Of a stretch of 64,000 nt of DNA, positions 51,677 through 63,569 are shown one piece after another. The notes beneath the pieces are model-generated. The model was not told the origin of the DNA. It made no database searches and worked only from the letters and a program-made list of their open reading frames with translations. Within the stretch, counting starts at the first letter, position 1, and every line of letters begins with the position of its first letter. The stretch comes from Tubulanus polymorphus. Its lineage: Eukaryota > Animalia > Nemertea. The DNA is taken from positions 17,001-81,000 of the forward strand of contig NW_027437465.1 of NCBI RefSeq assembly GCF_964204645.1. The letters are read 5' to 3'. Made by a program: the position numbers and the translations under genes.

Positions 51677-52948
51677 ATCAGTGGGAGTTATATAAATCCT
51701 TCTAAGAATTCAAGAATATCTAGTGCTATTAAAGCAGAAAGATCTCATCATATAATTACTCATAGCCCTTCTAATATTAATCCCGATAAAACCTTATATG
51801 TTAGAATTCCTCGATTAACACAAAATACTTTTTATGTTCCAAATAGTATTTATTTATCAGCTGATATAAATGTAACTGGTAATAATAATAATTATGTTGT
51901 TGATAATGTTGGAAGATATTTGATAAAAAAATTAACTATAAAGATTGGACCAGAAATAGTTTTCTCATTAGATGATTATAATTTATTTATGCATTATAGA
52001 GATTTATGGCTAAAAAAAGAAAATAGAAATAATATGATATTTCAAGGCATCCAATCAGAAAACCAAAATAAATTAAGATCAGAAGCTAATAATGCAATAA
52101 TAACTAATGCTACAGATAATTTGATAAAAAAGATTTATGGTAGTAAATATAAAATTCCATTAGATTTTGAATTGATAAATGATAATGCACCTTTATATAA
52201 ATATGCTATACAAGAAGATATTATATTCGAGATAACATTTGCTCTTGTTAATGAAATTGTGCTATCTAGCGTTGTTAAAGATATGGGATATAAATTATCG
52301 AATATATGTTTAGAATATGATACAGTAACTGATGAAAATATTGCTAGCATAATTCAAACTCAATATAATCAAGGATTTTCATTATTATATGATTATATTG
52401 ATAAATTTAAAACTGTAACTATTAATGCAAATGATGAAATAATGAATGAGAATATTAACTTCCCAAGAAGATCTATCAAAGGTATATTAATATTTTTTAC
52501 AATTGCAACATATTCTAATGGCGCAATACAGGTTGATAAGTATTACAACCCTGAAATAATAAAAGTAGAAATTACTATCGAAGGCATAGCAAATAAAATA
52601 TTTTGCCAGGGAATGAGAATGATAGATCAGTGGCCAGAAATTAAAAAACATTTTATGAATGAAAAAAATAAATCATCTGAAAATTGTAATATTAATCAAA
52701 TAGATTATTATACTGGTAATAAATATGCATTATGGTTAGATTTCAGAACAACACAGGATAATTCATTACATGGTTCTGGTAAAAAATTACAGAATACTAA
52801 AGATGGGATACAATTATTCATGACAAAGGAAAAAGGAAGGTTAAATTTCAAAATGCACATTTATATTATATCTGACGCGCAATTAAATATTGTTAATTCT
52901 CAATTCAATAGTGTTATGTATCAAAATTTTAGTTTTAATAAAAATTAA
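51677..52948 (+). pseudogene. Major capsid protein (double jelly-roll); frame open but start codon mutated (ATG>ATC)
   Basis: The frame is open from AATAAATC (ATC at 51677): SGSYINPSKNSRISSAIKAERSHHIITHSPSNINPDKTLYVRIP..VPNSIYLSAD..VVDNVGRYLIKK. It continues into ORF 51920-52948 (YKIPLDFEL, LSNICLEYDTV, PRRSIKGIL, LWLDFRT..DNSLHGSGK, YIISDAQLNI). Confidence 0.85.
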
Positions 52949-52956
52949 TATAATAA

Positions 52957-53747
52957 ATGGAGGCAGGTAAAGTATAAACATATTCCATACATTGATAAAC
53001 ATGAAAATAATGATGGCTTATATTATGTAATACCTTGTAATATAGCTTTGATATTTGATCCTATTTTCAAAAATTAAAAAACTAAACTAATAGAAATCGG
53101 TAATAATAAAAGTGAAGTTGTTGATAATTTAAGTAATGAAATTGATAATAATGTTTTACCTTCTACATCTGATGTTTTACCTTCAACATATAATAATGAA
53201 ATAATATTAGATTATAGTGAAAATAGAAATTATTGTGGTTATTGTAAAGGTGAAATTCAGCAGGCCATCAAATTGGAATAACCATATGAATACATTTGTA
53301 CATATTACTAATGTTATAAAACGTGTTGGTTTAAGAGAATTTATAGAACACCCATTTAGATATGTAACAAAGTTTGTTTCAAATAACAAAGTAAATGGTA
53401 AAGATTTATATAAAGATTCATTAGGTGAATTTTTATCTAAGGAACCTAGTAATGATACATTAGGTTTATCTGCTGCTAAAAAAATATTAGGAGCAAACAT
53501 TGTAAAAAAAATATTGAGGCCAAACACTAAGAAAGAGGATATAGATACAGATAATGAAGATTATATAGATACAGATTGGACAAAAGATGAAGTAGTAACT
53601 ATTGATGATGCGGTAGTTAGGTTGAAAAAGGATTATAATGAAAAAACTTATGATGATCCGGTAGAAAGGTTTAATAGATTGTTAGAGTCTGATGATGAAT
53701 TGGAGGATGATGATGAAAATGATGTTAATTATCTCACATTCACATAA
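52957..53747 (+). pseudogene. Hypothetical protein with a frameshifted C2H2-type zinc finger and acidic tail
   Basis: AATAAATG start at 52957. YCGYCK joined across a frameshift to VKFSRPSNWNNHMNTFVH. Acidic C-terminus. Confidence 0.5.
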
Positions 53748-53784
53748 AATAATAGTTGAAAATAGTATAAAATAATAGTTAATA

Positions 53785-54016
53785 AAAAAGGGGGTTTTAA
53801 GCATTCAGGTATCTTATACGTATCTAATACATATTTAAGTATTTATGTATCTAATATGTATTAATCTATATAACCTCTATTATTTTCAAACTTAGTTGGA
53901 AAAATAAAAATACATTGGTTGAAAAATTAAAATAAATAATATATATTTCAAAAGGGGGTTTTAAGCATTTATGTATCTAATACGTATCTAATACGTATCT
54001 AATACATAAATGCTTT
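53785..54016. repeat. Intergenic repeat/palindrome block between convergent genes
   Basis: AAAAGGGGGTTTTAAGCATT twice (~53787, ~53950); GTATCTAATAC tandem units; inverted repeat AAGCATTTATGTAT...ATACATAAATGCTT at 53963-54015. Confidence 0.75.
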
Positions 54017-54023
54017 AAATGCC

Positions 54024-54620
54024 TTATTTTATAAATCTATATACATAAGGAAATTGAAGCCTCAGAAGTAATTTGGAACCTTTATTATTGTTTAATTTAT
54101 TCATATATTCATCATGTAATTCAATAGGTATAATTTGATTTTCTTCCAATGATTGTTGCATTGATTTTCTATCTTTATTGTAGAATAATACTAAAAATCT
54201 AATGTTTTCTCTAAAGTCTTTAAGAATTGAATTATATTTTTGATTTAAAACCCATGTTGTTATCCCAAAATGTCTCCCAGAGAAAGCTAGATAACATAAC
54301 TCACTTTCTCTAACTTTTGAATCATGTAAATTTGCACAATCATCCACAGTGAATAATGTATTTGATCCTTTATAAATATCAATTGCTATTTTTATACAAT
54401 TATCTAAATTTTCTTTCACTGTTTTAGGATCTAATATAATGAACTTTTTTATCTTAACTATATCTCTATTATATGTTTTATTCATTTCATAAGTAGGGCA
54501 GAATAATATTATATTACCAAAATGATTTTTATAAATAGATTCTAACAAATATAATATGAAATGTGTTACACCAGTAACTAACATATTATATGGTTCAAAT
54601 ATAAATAAATCTTTATTCAT
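54024..54620 (-). pseudogene. DNA packaging ATPase, open frame but Walker A deleted
   Basis: MNKDLFIFEPYNMLVTGVT-----HFIL, versus ISGVTNCGKTYFIL in element 1. LFTVDD and GRHFGIT are retained. Confidence 0.9.
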
Positions 54621-55690
54621 TTGTTCTTTTAATTTTACTAGATAAAATCCATTCATTAAATTTGTCATCATACCCTTTATATTTCACCAAAGAATACTTT
54701 TTTCCTTTAAGAGTTTTTGTTTTCAATACTTTTTCTATTTTATATTCTATTTCATCTGGATTTGGCACAAGTGATAATTCTCGTTCATAAAAGTAACCTA
54801 ATATTTCTTCATCTTTTAAATCTTCTAATTTATAAACAAATGGTTTAGTTAATATTATCTATTTAATCTTAGATATTTCTTCAGTAAAATTTGGAGTATA
54901 ACCTTTATAAAATGTTTTTCTATATCTAGATATTCTAACATGTTGTCCTATTTTGAATCTAGGTTCTCCAAAATCATGTGTAACAAATACTCCATATAAA
55001 TTATTCCAAACTATTTCTGAATTATCTTCTTTTCTAGCTTGTATATATTTCATACCAATACTTGAATGTTTAGAATTATTATAACCTTTCACCAAATCAT
55101 CTAATACATCTATATATTTATTTGTTTCATTAGCAGTAAAATATTTCCACATTCTAGTTTTCGAAATTTTATTAAATCTTTCTATAATAGATGCTTTTTT
55201 GTCTGAGTGTGTTGAAAAATATTCTTCATCGTTATCAGATAATAATTTTCTAAAATGTTTATTATAGAATTCCTTACCTTCATCAAATTGTATCTTACCT
55301 GGAATAGCTTCTTTAAATACTTATTTAAAAGCATTTGTTACTTCTATACCAGTGTTATTTTTGATTGGTATACTCCTGCTGAATATATCTATAACATTTA
55401 ATATCCAGAAATATCCTTTGTTGTATTCCTCTAAGTATTTCATATCAATCAAATCTGCTTGCCATTGTTGATCGATATGTGAAACCATAACTTTTCTCGT
55501 TAAATGATTTTTATCTATTTTCTTATGGATTTGATATGTTGGTTGATTTTGTAACCATAATCTTAGTTCACTATATCTTATATTTTCTTTATCAGATTTA
55601 ATTTTATCCCATAATTCTGAAACACTAGAACATGATACTTCACTCTCTGGGTTAATTCTCTTGAATATTGTTCTCTTTTCATCTTCTTTT
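54613..55690 (-). pseudogene. int: Polinton integrase (rve DDE core plus chromodomain), disrupted
   Basis: Manual translation: WLQNQPTYQIHK..QQWQADLIDM..NKGYFWILNVIDIFSR, IQFDEGKEFYN, KKASIIERFNK, YNNSKHSSIGM, and chromodomain YSLVKYKGYDDKFNEWI. Stops and frameshifts are present; the start is approximate. Confidence 0.92.
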
Positions 55691-56049
55691 AATCCATTAA
55701 TAATAATCTTGGTTTATTTTCAATGACTTTATCATTTGACTTATTTTCTGGTATAATAGGTTTATCATCGGAATCATCTTTATCATCAGATTTATACTTG
55801 TATATTACACCAGAAAATAAAATAATTGTGATTAATCCAATTGTAATATATAATTTATTATTACTTCCAGCATTAGAACCATTAGATGGATTATCATTCG
55901 AATCAATATCAGATAATTTATGTGACTCATTTTATAACAGTTAATTTCTTTTTCTTAGCTCTTTTTAATTCTGAATATCTTTTACCCAACTCCCTTGCCC
56001 ATTTAATTTGTTTTTCAGATATAGGTTTCTTCTTTATATCATCACTCAT
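55689..56049 (-). pseudogene. Homolog of protein 'B', frameshifted
   Basis: AATAAATG start, MSDDIKKKPISEKQIKWARELGKR, a TM segment, and the same ...MD* ending as 49401-49769. Confidence 0.65.
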
Positions 56050-56624
56050 TTATTTTAGTTAATTTTTGTTCTGTTTCAGTATTGTTATCTGAATTACTTT
56101 TATCTTCACATGCTATAGGTTTGATGTTAGAAATGTTCTCCAGTAGAAATTTATGTAATTATTCCTCCTAATTGGAATGAAGCATATCCGACCCATTTTT
56201 GTAGTTCTGTCATAACTAAGTAGTCATTTTTTAAATCACTATATAATTTATTTTCATCATCAATTAGTATAATCCGGTTACATAATTTAGAGTAACATTT
56301 TATAATACCATCACTAATAGAGTCATTTATTCGGGCTAATCTAGCTTCTTCATATATTTAGAAATGTTTTATTACTTTATCTGGTTTCATATTATCTAAT
56401 TCTTGAAAAGTTAAAATTTTTCCGATAAACTCATTACATTTACCACTAGCAATTAATAATTCTAGATGGTGCTTACACATCAAATAGTATTCATAATCAA
56501 TATTATCATTTTGAATACAATTAGAAACAACTGTATCATTATTGCCAGTAATGCCCAAATCCTCAATTGTCTTTTCAACATCAATATTATTCTTATTAGA
56601 TTTCTTTGACATTTTCTTTGACAA
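56050..56624 (-). pseudogene. Homolog of protein 'A', disrupted
   Basis: EKTIEDLGIT..YEYYLMCKHHLELLIASGKC; downstream LYSDLKNDYLVMTEL. Confidence 0.7.
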
Positions 56625-56720
56625 TATAAAGTATTCTCCTTTTAAAAAGATAATATCAAAAATATAATAGAATTCACTGGCTAGTTTAAGTTATTGTTTT
56701 TTTAAATACTTAGGATTTAG

Positions 56721-56798
56721 ATTATCTCACTACTTTTGTCTATCTATAGGAGCGGTAACAATAACTGTCCAGATTAGTCATTTCGGATCCTCGATAAT
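56721..56798. other. Conserved non-coding element, copy 2 (diverged)
   Basis: ATTATCTCACTACTTTTGTCTATCTATAGGAGCGGTAACAATAACTGTCCAGATTAGTCATTTCGGATCCTCGATAAT. Confidence 0.6.
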
Positions 56799-57408
56799 AA
56801 ATCCTCAACTGAAAATCAATTCAAAGCAACGACTGGTGGAAATACTATTTCGTCAACATATATATTTATTATGCAAATTAGCGCATGCGCAGAAGCAATA
56901 ACGGTCCTAGAAGATTGCTGCTGCTCATGCACCAATTATATAATTTATTCTGTAAACTACAACATTCAAACATAGACCAGTAACCAATCAATACAGAACA
57001 GCCGCGACCGAACGACTAGTGCACGCGCAACTGCAATTCCAACATATATAATACATTGTAAGTCTATACAGTATGATGAATAAGCTTCAGTCTCTTGTGA
57101 TGAAATATCCTTAATTTCTGATTCAGAATCCATCCATCTTCACCTTCTTATTTCAATGGTCTTCATTTTGTTATCTAAAAGATATCTAGCGTAGAACATA
57201 ATTAACTTGAAGTTGAACCAGGTTTATACTAAAATTTAACACGAGTCAAAACATAGCTTGTGAGTTTGGGAAGTGGCTTGTATTTCACTTTATTACAGCT
57301 CGTGTGTGTTCCAAAGTCACAGAGCTGTTGTTAAATATATATTTAAACAAAATATAGCTGCAAAGCAGCGATAACGGTTTTTTTGCTGTCTTAGAATCCT
57401 GTTCATCG

Positions 57409-57645
57409 GTGGATTTCGATAAAGCATTTGATAAGGCACAACATCAGCCATTACTAACAAAACAGGCTTTTAGGAAACAGTATCAATGATAAGTCGCCCA
57501 AATGGCTCAGCAGTTATCTCTGAATGAAAACTTATAGCCAAAATCAACGGAACGCCTCATCTTGGAATAAGTCGGTCTAACTAGTGGAGTCACGCTAGGT
57601 AGTATCCTAAGTCGTCTACTGTTTAATGTCCTGACAAATGACATA
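57409..57645 (+). pseudogene. Highly decayed non-LTR (CR1/L2-like) reverse transcriptase fragment
   Basis: Manual translation VDFDKAFDKAQHQPLLTK ... WLSSYL* ... TSGVTLGSILSRLLFNVLTNDI matches the RT motifs LDFxKAFDxVxH and SGVPQGSxLGPLLFNIYINDL. Confidence 0.7.
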
Positions 57646-57884
57646 CACAGTAATCCAAAATATACCGCAAATCAATTGTGACAAAGTATTGATGCAAATG
57701 ACCTATTTAGTTCATCGACCATGTACCGAACATTATTATTGTGCCCCAGCATTTGGGGTCATTCTACTTGAACCCCAACATTCAATATGTCCACCAGATT
57801 CTGGTGATGATAAAGTCATTTTAATTTTTCTGCCAACTTCATTTCTTCGTTCATATTCATCTAACATTAAACATCATTAAGCAT

Positions 57885-58610
57885 CAATATATCGATGTAA
57901 CTAGGAAGACCTTATTTAAAATTTCGTGATTTTTATGTCGACTTTTTGCGATATTGTCTCAATAAATTGCCATACGTATCACGATATTTTAGCTAAAGGA
58001 GTGATAATTATGACGACAGTACGCGGTTATGTTGAGATACAGACGTCGGCATTGGTGAAAGGCGTGATCCGTATAACGATTTATCGTGATATTAACACGA
58101 TATATCGACTTAATTATGTCGATAAATCGCGATATATCACGTTTGTTCGACATAATTTCGTCGTGATAAAAAGTCGCGACGGTCCCATATATACGGAAGT
58201 ACGGAAGCGATAAAGGGCCTCGAGTTGTCGCGTTCCAACTCGACAAAGTCGCCATATTTATGTCGACATATCGCGATATATCGCTTCAAGTCGACATGAA
58301 TATGTCGACATATTGTTTTGACGACATATTTCGTTTTCTCAACCATTTTCCTCGCAACAATTCGACATATTCATGACGACTTGAAACTCAGTCGCCATAT
58401 TACTGGCGTCCTCATCTTACATTTCGACGTGTCCTCAAATGACAGCTTGTCCCGTGGAAAATGGGCGAAAAAGCGAAATTTGTCGTGAAAACGTCACGAT
58501 ATGTCGACATATTCATGTCGACTTGACGCGATATATCGCGATATATCTGCCAAAATGACCTTAATATTCGACACTATATCAGACTATATCGACTTCAAAA
58601 TAGGCGAAAG
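57885..58610. repeat. Degenerate CG-palindrome-rich repeat (ATATGTCGACATAT, ATATCGCGATAT motifs)
   Basis: Many GTCGAC, CGACAT and ATATCG words; TATGTCGACATA at ~58259, ~58302 and ~58500. Confidence 0.5.
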
Positions 58611-58659
58611 CATAAGTTTTTATAACGTTATTAATTGGTCTAATTATTCAAAAGCTAAT

Positions 58660-59640
58660 AAAGTGGGCGACAAAACCAAAAAAATGAATTGTCACGGGCA
58701 ATAAAACCAAAATAATCAATAATCAAATAAACCCAAACTAATGAATTGTCGCGGGCGACAAAACCAAAATAATGAATTGTCGCAGGCGACAAAACCAAAA
58801 TATTGAAATGTCGCGGGCGATAAAACCAAAATAATGAATTGTCGCTGGCGATAAAACCAAAATATTGAATTGTTGCGGGCGACAAAACCAAAATAATGAA
58901 TTGTCGCTGGCGATAAAACCAAAATATTGAATTGTCGTGGGCGACAAAACCAAAATATTGATTTGTCGCGGGTGTCAAAACCAAAATAATGAATTGTCGC
59001 GGGCAATAAAACCAAAATAATGAATTGTCGCGGGCGATAGAACCAAAATAATGAATTGTCGCGGTCGATAAAACCAAAATAATGAATTGTCGCTGGCGAT
59101 AAAACCAAAATATTGAATTGTCGCGGGCGATAAAACCAAAATAATGAATTGTCGCTGGCGATAAAACCAAAATATTGAATTGTCGCGGGCGATAAAACCA
59201 AAATAATGAATTTTCGCTGGCGATAAAACCAAAATAATGAATTGTCGCTGGCGATAAAACCAAAATATTGAATTGACGCAGGCGACAAAACCAAAAGAGT
59301 GAAATGTCGCGGGCGATAAAACCAAAATATTGAATTGTCGCGGGCGATAAAACCAAAATATTGAATTGTCGCGGGCGACAAAACCAAAAAAATGAATTGT
59401 CGCGGGCGGTAAAACCAAAATATTGAATTGTCACGTGCGACAAAACCAAAATAATGAATTGTCGCGGGCGATAAAACCAAAATATTGAATTGACGTGGGC
59501 GACAAAACCAAAATATTGATTTGTCACGGGTGACAAAACCAAATTAATGAATTGTCGCGGGCGATAAAACCAAAATAATGAATTGTCGCGGGCGATAAAA
59601 CCAAAATAATGAATTGTCGCGGGCGACAAAACCAAAATTA
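58660..59640 (+). repeat. 31-bp minisatellite, ~31-32 copies
   Basis: Unit AAAACCAAAATA(A/T)TGAATTGTCGCGGGCGA(T/C), containing the mini-hairpin TGTCGC-GG-GCGACA. Confidence 0.97.
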
Positions 59641-59691
59641 TTGTTTTGTCGCGTTATTTTAGTTTTGTCGTTTTGTCATAATGCCACCCAT

Positions 59692-60910
59692 ATTTGCATA
59701 TTCATGTTTTTTTTACGCATGGCCCTTATCAGCCACCATACTAAAGCCTTAAGGTCGCGTAAAACTCGATAAACACTTCAAGCGACACAGCGAACGATCT
59801 CCTTTCCCCCACAGCGAACGCTTAACCCAGGAAGAAATCCACTAAATATTTGGATGGATATATGAAAGCTGTGGGTACTGGAGTGTGTAATGGGTAGTGT
59901 AGTGTGATCTGTGTGCATTTGTGGCCAGCACACAGATCACATTGTTCATTGGGGTTTAGTCCAGGACTCGCGAGATTTTCAACAACACGGAAGTAACGTG
60001 TAATAAATGATGACTTGAATTGCATGTCTACCTACCACCCCTCATTATTGTTGGAAAAGTAAACGTTCCGCACTGACTAAAAATTAGTAATAATAATTAA
60101 TAACATTTTAGAAATGGCCAGAATTTTAACTTAGGTTCTATCTCATTTTTATTTTACAATTGCGTTTGGTATAATTTTTTTTAAACGGCCGTTAAGGCTT
60201 CATGTTTCGTCTGCAATTCACTGCAAATAGTTACGCAACTACGCACATTTCAGTGTTTTTGGCGGCTGTACACTCAATCGGCACCGTTCGTGACTAGCCT
60301 CATTTGCATATTCGTGTTTTTTTACGCATGGCCCTTATCAGCCACCATACTAAAGCTTTAAGGTCGCGTAAAACTCGATAAACACTTCAAGCGACACAGC
60401 GAACGATCTCCTTTCCCCCACAGCGAATGCTTAACCCAGGAAGAAATCCACTAAATATTTGGATGGATATATGAAAGCTGTGGGTACTGGAGTGTGTAAT
60501 GGGTAGTGTAGTGTGATCTGTGTGCATTTGTGGCCAGCACACAGATCACATGTTCATTGGGGTTTAGTCCAGGACTCGCGAGATTTTCAACAACACGGAA
60601 GTAACGTGTAATAAATGATGACTTGAATTGCATGTCTACCTACCACCCCTCATTATTGTTGGAAAAGTAAACGTTCCGCACTGACTAAAAATTAGTAATA
60701 ATAATTAATAACATTTTAGAAATGGCCAGAATTTTAACTTAGGTTCTATCTCATTTTTATTTTACAATTGCGATTGGTATAAGTTTTTTTAAACGGCCGT
60801 TAAGGCTTCATGTTTCGTCCGCAATTCACTGCAAATAGTTACGCAACTACGCACATTTCAGTGTTTTTGGCGGCTGTACACTCAATCGGCACCGTTCGTG
60901 ACTAGCTTCA
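59692..60910 (+). repeat. Two-copy tandem duplication of a ~610-bp unit
   Basis: ATTTGCATATTC(A/G)TGTTTTTT... at 59692 and 60302; near-identical through ...CGTTCGTGACTAGC. Confidence 0.95.
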
Positions 60911-61084
60911 CTGCGGAATTATCATTAATTAACATCGCCATATCACATCATCAACTTATATTGTGCCTTAAAACCCTAACAGCCGAAATAAATGAAATGC
61001 ACACACGATTTCTATCATTGAAAATTGAGAGAGTGGCGGTGTTTGTGTTCTGCTGCTTCGCGTAAATCCCGCGCGGAGTGGCGA

Positions 61085-62189
61085 CTTAGTCGAGTTACAT
61101 TGTGGAGAAAATTAATCGATAGTAGCATAACGGGGAATTTCTTAAATACAGTTAAAATGTATATATATTATAACTCGGTTAAGTCATGTGTTAAATTTAA
61201 CGGTAGGCCTAACACATCACAATACTTTGCTGCAGATAGAGGCTTACGACAAGGCGAAAACTTATCACCAATTCTATTTTCCCTATTTCTAAACGATATT
61301 GAAGAGTTTTTTCTCACGCGCCGTAATCCAACTTTGTCATTTATTGAAAAACTGAATCTTAATTGTGATCCAGAACTAGGGACTTTACTTAACGTATTCA
61401 TTATCCTTTATGCAGATGACACAGTCATTCTTGCTGAAGATGAAAAATCTCTCCAGTTACATTTAGATACACTATTTGAATATTGCGCCGACAATGGCCT
61501 TTCAGAATGTTGATAAAACTAAAATATTAGTCTTCGCTAGAAGTAAAAGTAGGATCAAGAAAATTTCTAGAAAATTTATGTTTGGTAACCAAGAGTTAGA
61601 GGTAGTTGAAGATTATTTGTATCTTGGAGTAAAATTCAACTGGAATGGCAGTTTCCCTAAAGCAAAAAAATGTCTTTATGATAAAGCTATGAGAGCCATG
61701 TTTTCTATTATTCAGAAGGGTAGACGTTTGAAACTTCCGATAGATGTAATGCTTAAACTATTTGACATGTGTGACGCTCCTGTAGCACTATACGGCTGCG
61801 AAATCTGGGGTTATGAGAATCTCGATTTACTAGAAAACCTCCACTGCTTATTCTGTAAAATTATTATGAAAGTTACGAAATATTCCCATAATGTGCAAGT
61901 GCTGGCAGAGCTAGGGCGTTATCCTATGTATATTGACGTAAAGCGTAGAATGATCAATTTTTGGGCTAAAACGGTATCGTGCAAGCAAACTAAACTAAGT
62001 TCAATCCTTTATAAAATATCTCTCAATTTATATGTTAATGACAGGTTTAAGAGCCCCTGGCTGTTATTTATTAAGAAGATTTTAGATGACTGCGGTCTAT
62101 CGTATATTTGGACGCAGCAATTAATGGTTAACTCTATGACACTCTCAAAGAAATTAAAATGTGTACTCCGAGACCAGCACGTACAAGAG
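61085..62189 (+). mobile_element. Non-LTR retrotransposon (LINE) RT fragment, frameshifted, cut at its 3' side by element 3
   Basis: LWRKL, GLRQGENLSPILFSLFLND, ILYADD, (frameshift near 61500) NVDKTKILVF, YLYLGVKF, YGCEIWG, ELGRYP. Ends at DQHVQE, where the Polinton terminus begins. Confidence 0.93.
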
Positions 62190-62270
62190 AGTAATTGGGA
62201 AAGTAAGCTTTCATACCAGAGGGCGAGAGGGCGAGACACCACTCATCACAAGTAATTTTTTTCCTAATAA

Positions 62271-62596
62271 ATGGGAGATAGAAAAGCATTCTTAGCAACA
62301 ATAAATAACAGAATTAAACCAACAAAAAAACAATTTGAAATAAAAAAGTTAGTTGATGTTACAAAAGAAATTGAACATAAGATATTGAAATTAGAAAAGA
62401 TAAAAACTAAATATGGAGAGAAAGTATCAGCTAATTTAAGCTACTGTATGTTAGTACATCATGAGAATCTAAAGTGTTTTTACCCGATAAATGGGTTTCA
62501 TTGAGTATAGAGGAATTGAACGATTTAGTAGGATTTAAAATAATATATCATGGGAAAAATGAAGACGGTCATCATGATTTGGAAATTGTTGATTAA
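62271..62596 (+). pseudogene. Frameshifted copy of the 49932-50258 gene
   Basis: MGDRKAFLATINNRIKP... is nearly identical; frameshift near 62448; ends ...HHDLEIVD* at 62596. Confidence 0.85.
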
Positions 62597-63569
62597 ATAA
62601 AAAATAAAAATAATGAATATCTAAAAATGACCTTAGTCGTTTTATAAACAACTACAATCATACAGTCAAACATCTGTTACATGTTATTACAAGAGAGTGC
62701 TTCATTTGAATATTGATCGATCAAACAGGTGTTGCACAACGTTGTTGTTATATAATAAGCACGCAGTACATACAACACACACAAGCCAGTTAGACGGCAT
62801 TGAACTACCACGTTTTCATTGGTTGCTGAAAGCGAGGTTTATTTAAATTAGCTCGGCCGTGACGACAGGAGGATAGTCATCATTCTCTCTCGTGATTAAA
62901 AGGAATATTTCAATGTTTTTACGGTAAGTTTTAGCAAAACCACCCGACTTGACCGGCAGAGTTTTTAGGGGATAAGCATCCCGTTATTGAGAGGCGCCAC
63001 GAGATACCTATCCCCAAGCATTTCTAATTACACCCCTGTGACCCACACCTCACCAATTCTCCTTCAATGGTTGACAGGAAACACATTATATTAAAGGCGC
63101 CTAATGCATTTCCTATCAACCCCTTACCCCCGAAAGGAGGATCGAAAGTCGAAACTGAAGGAGAACCACGGAGGGTGGACAAAGGTGCATTTTCGAAATG
63201 CCCCTGCAAGCCAAGCCCGGCGGCACTCCAGTGGTTGAATGAATTGCCTTATATACTTAGCTAAAACACCTAAGTAAATGTTGCTGGTGCTAAAAAAATA
63301 TGTGAAATTTGAAATTATAAATTATTCCGAATGAAAAGAATATAAGAATGAAAACTGATAAATGAATTATGGATTTTTAACTTAATTATGATATAATTTT
63401 TAATCAAATTAGTAATCAATTACTATGTTAATTGATTAACAAATTCAAATTCAAATATTCATTTTAGCATACCCAGTGTTGTCATCTTTCAATTTAAGAA
63501 AAAACTAATAATAAGAAACGACTGTAATACAATATTCAAGTAAAAACAAAATAAATTAATAAAAATAAT

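Larger units (their letters stand above)
50344..56800. mobile_element. Polinton/Maverick element 2 (partial, diverged from element 1)
   Basis: Coiled-coil/TM gene, major capsid and Zn-finger ORF on +; ATPase, integrase, B' and A' on -. No termini found. It could be two separate fragments. Confidence 0.8.

Noticed and set aside
44200-55944. Short antisense ORFs (44200, 45989, 47777, 49367, 50597, 51194, 52135, 53207, 55723)
   Set aside because: They are shadows of better-supported genes on the opposite strand, with no motifs or TAAATG starts.
40832-56624. Alternative genetic code or programmed readthrough explaining the in-frame stops
   Set aside because: TAA, TAG and TGA stops and frameshifts all occur, and paralogs have sense codons at those sites (e.g. 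ATPase TTA vs TAA). This is ordinary decay.
57638-58704. Short ORFs in the palindromic repeat region, and similar ones at 59822, 60451, 63024 and 63067
   Set aside because: They have no recognisable domains and lie within non-coding repeats.
58655-59635. Minus-strand ORFs of 326, 254 and 147 aa
   Set aside because: They are read-through of the 31-bp minisatellite.
63057-63165. Hammerhead ribozyme (three stems, GAAAC)
   Set aside because: There is no CUGANGA core and no properly placed NUH on either strand.
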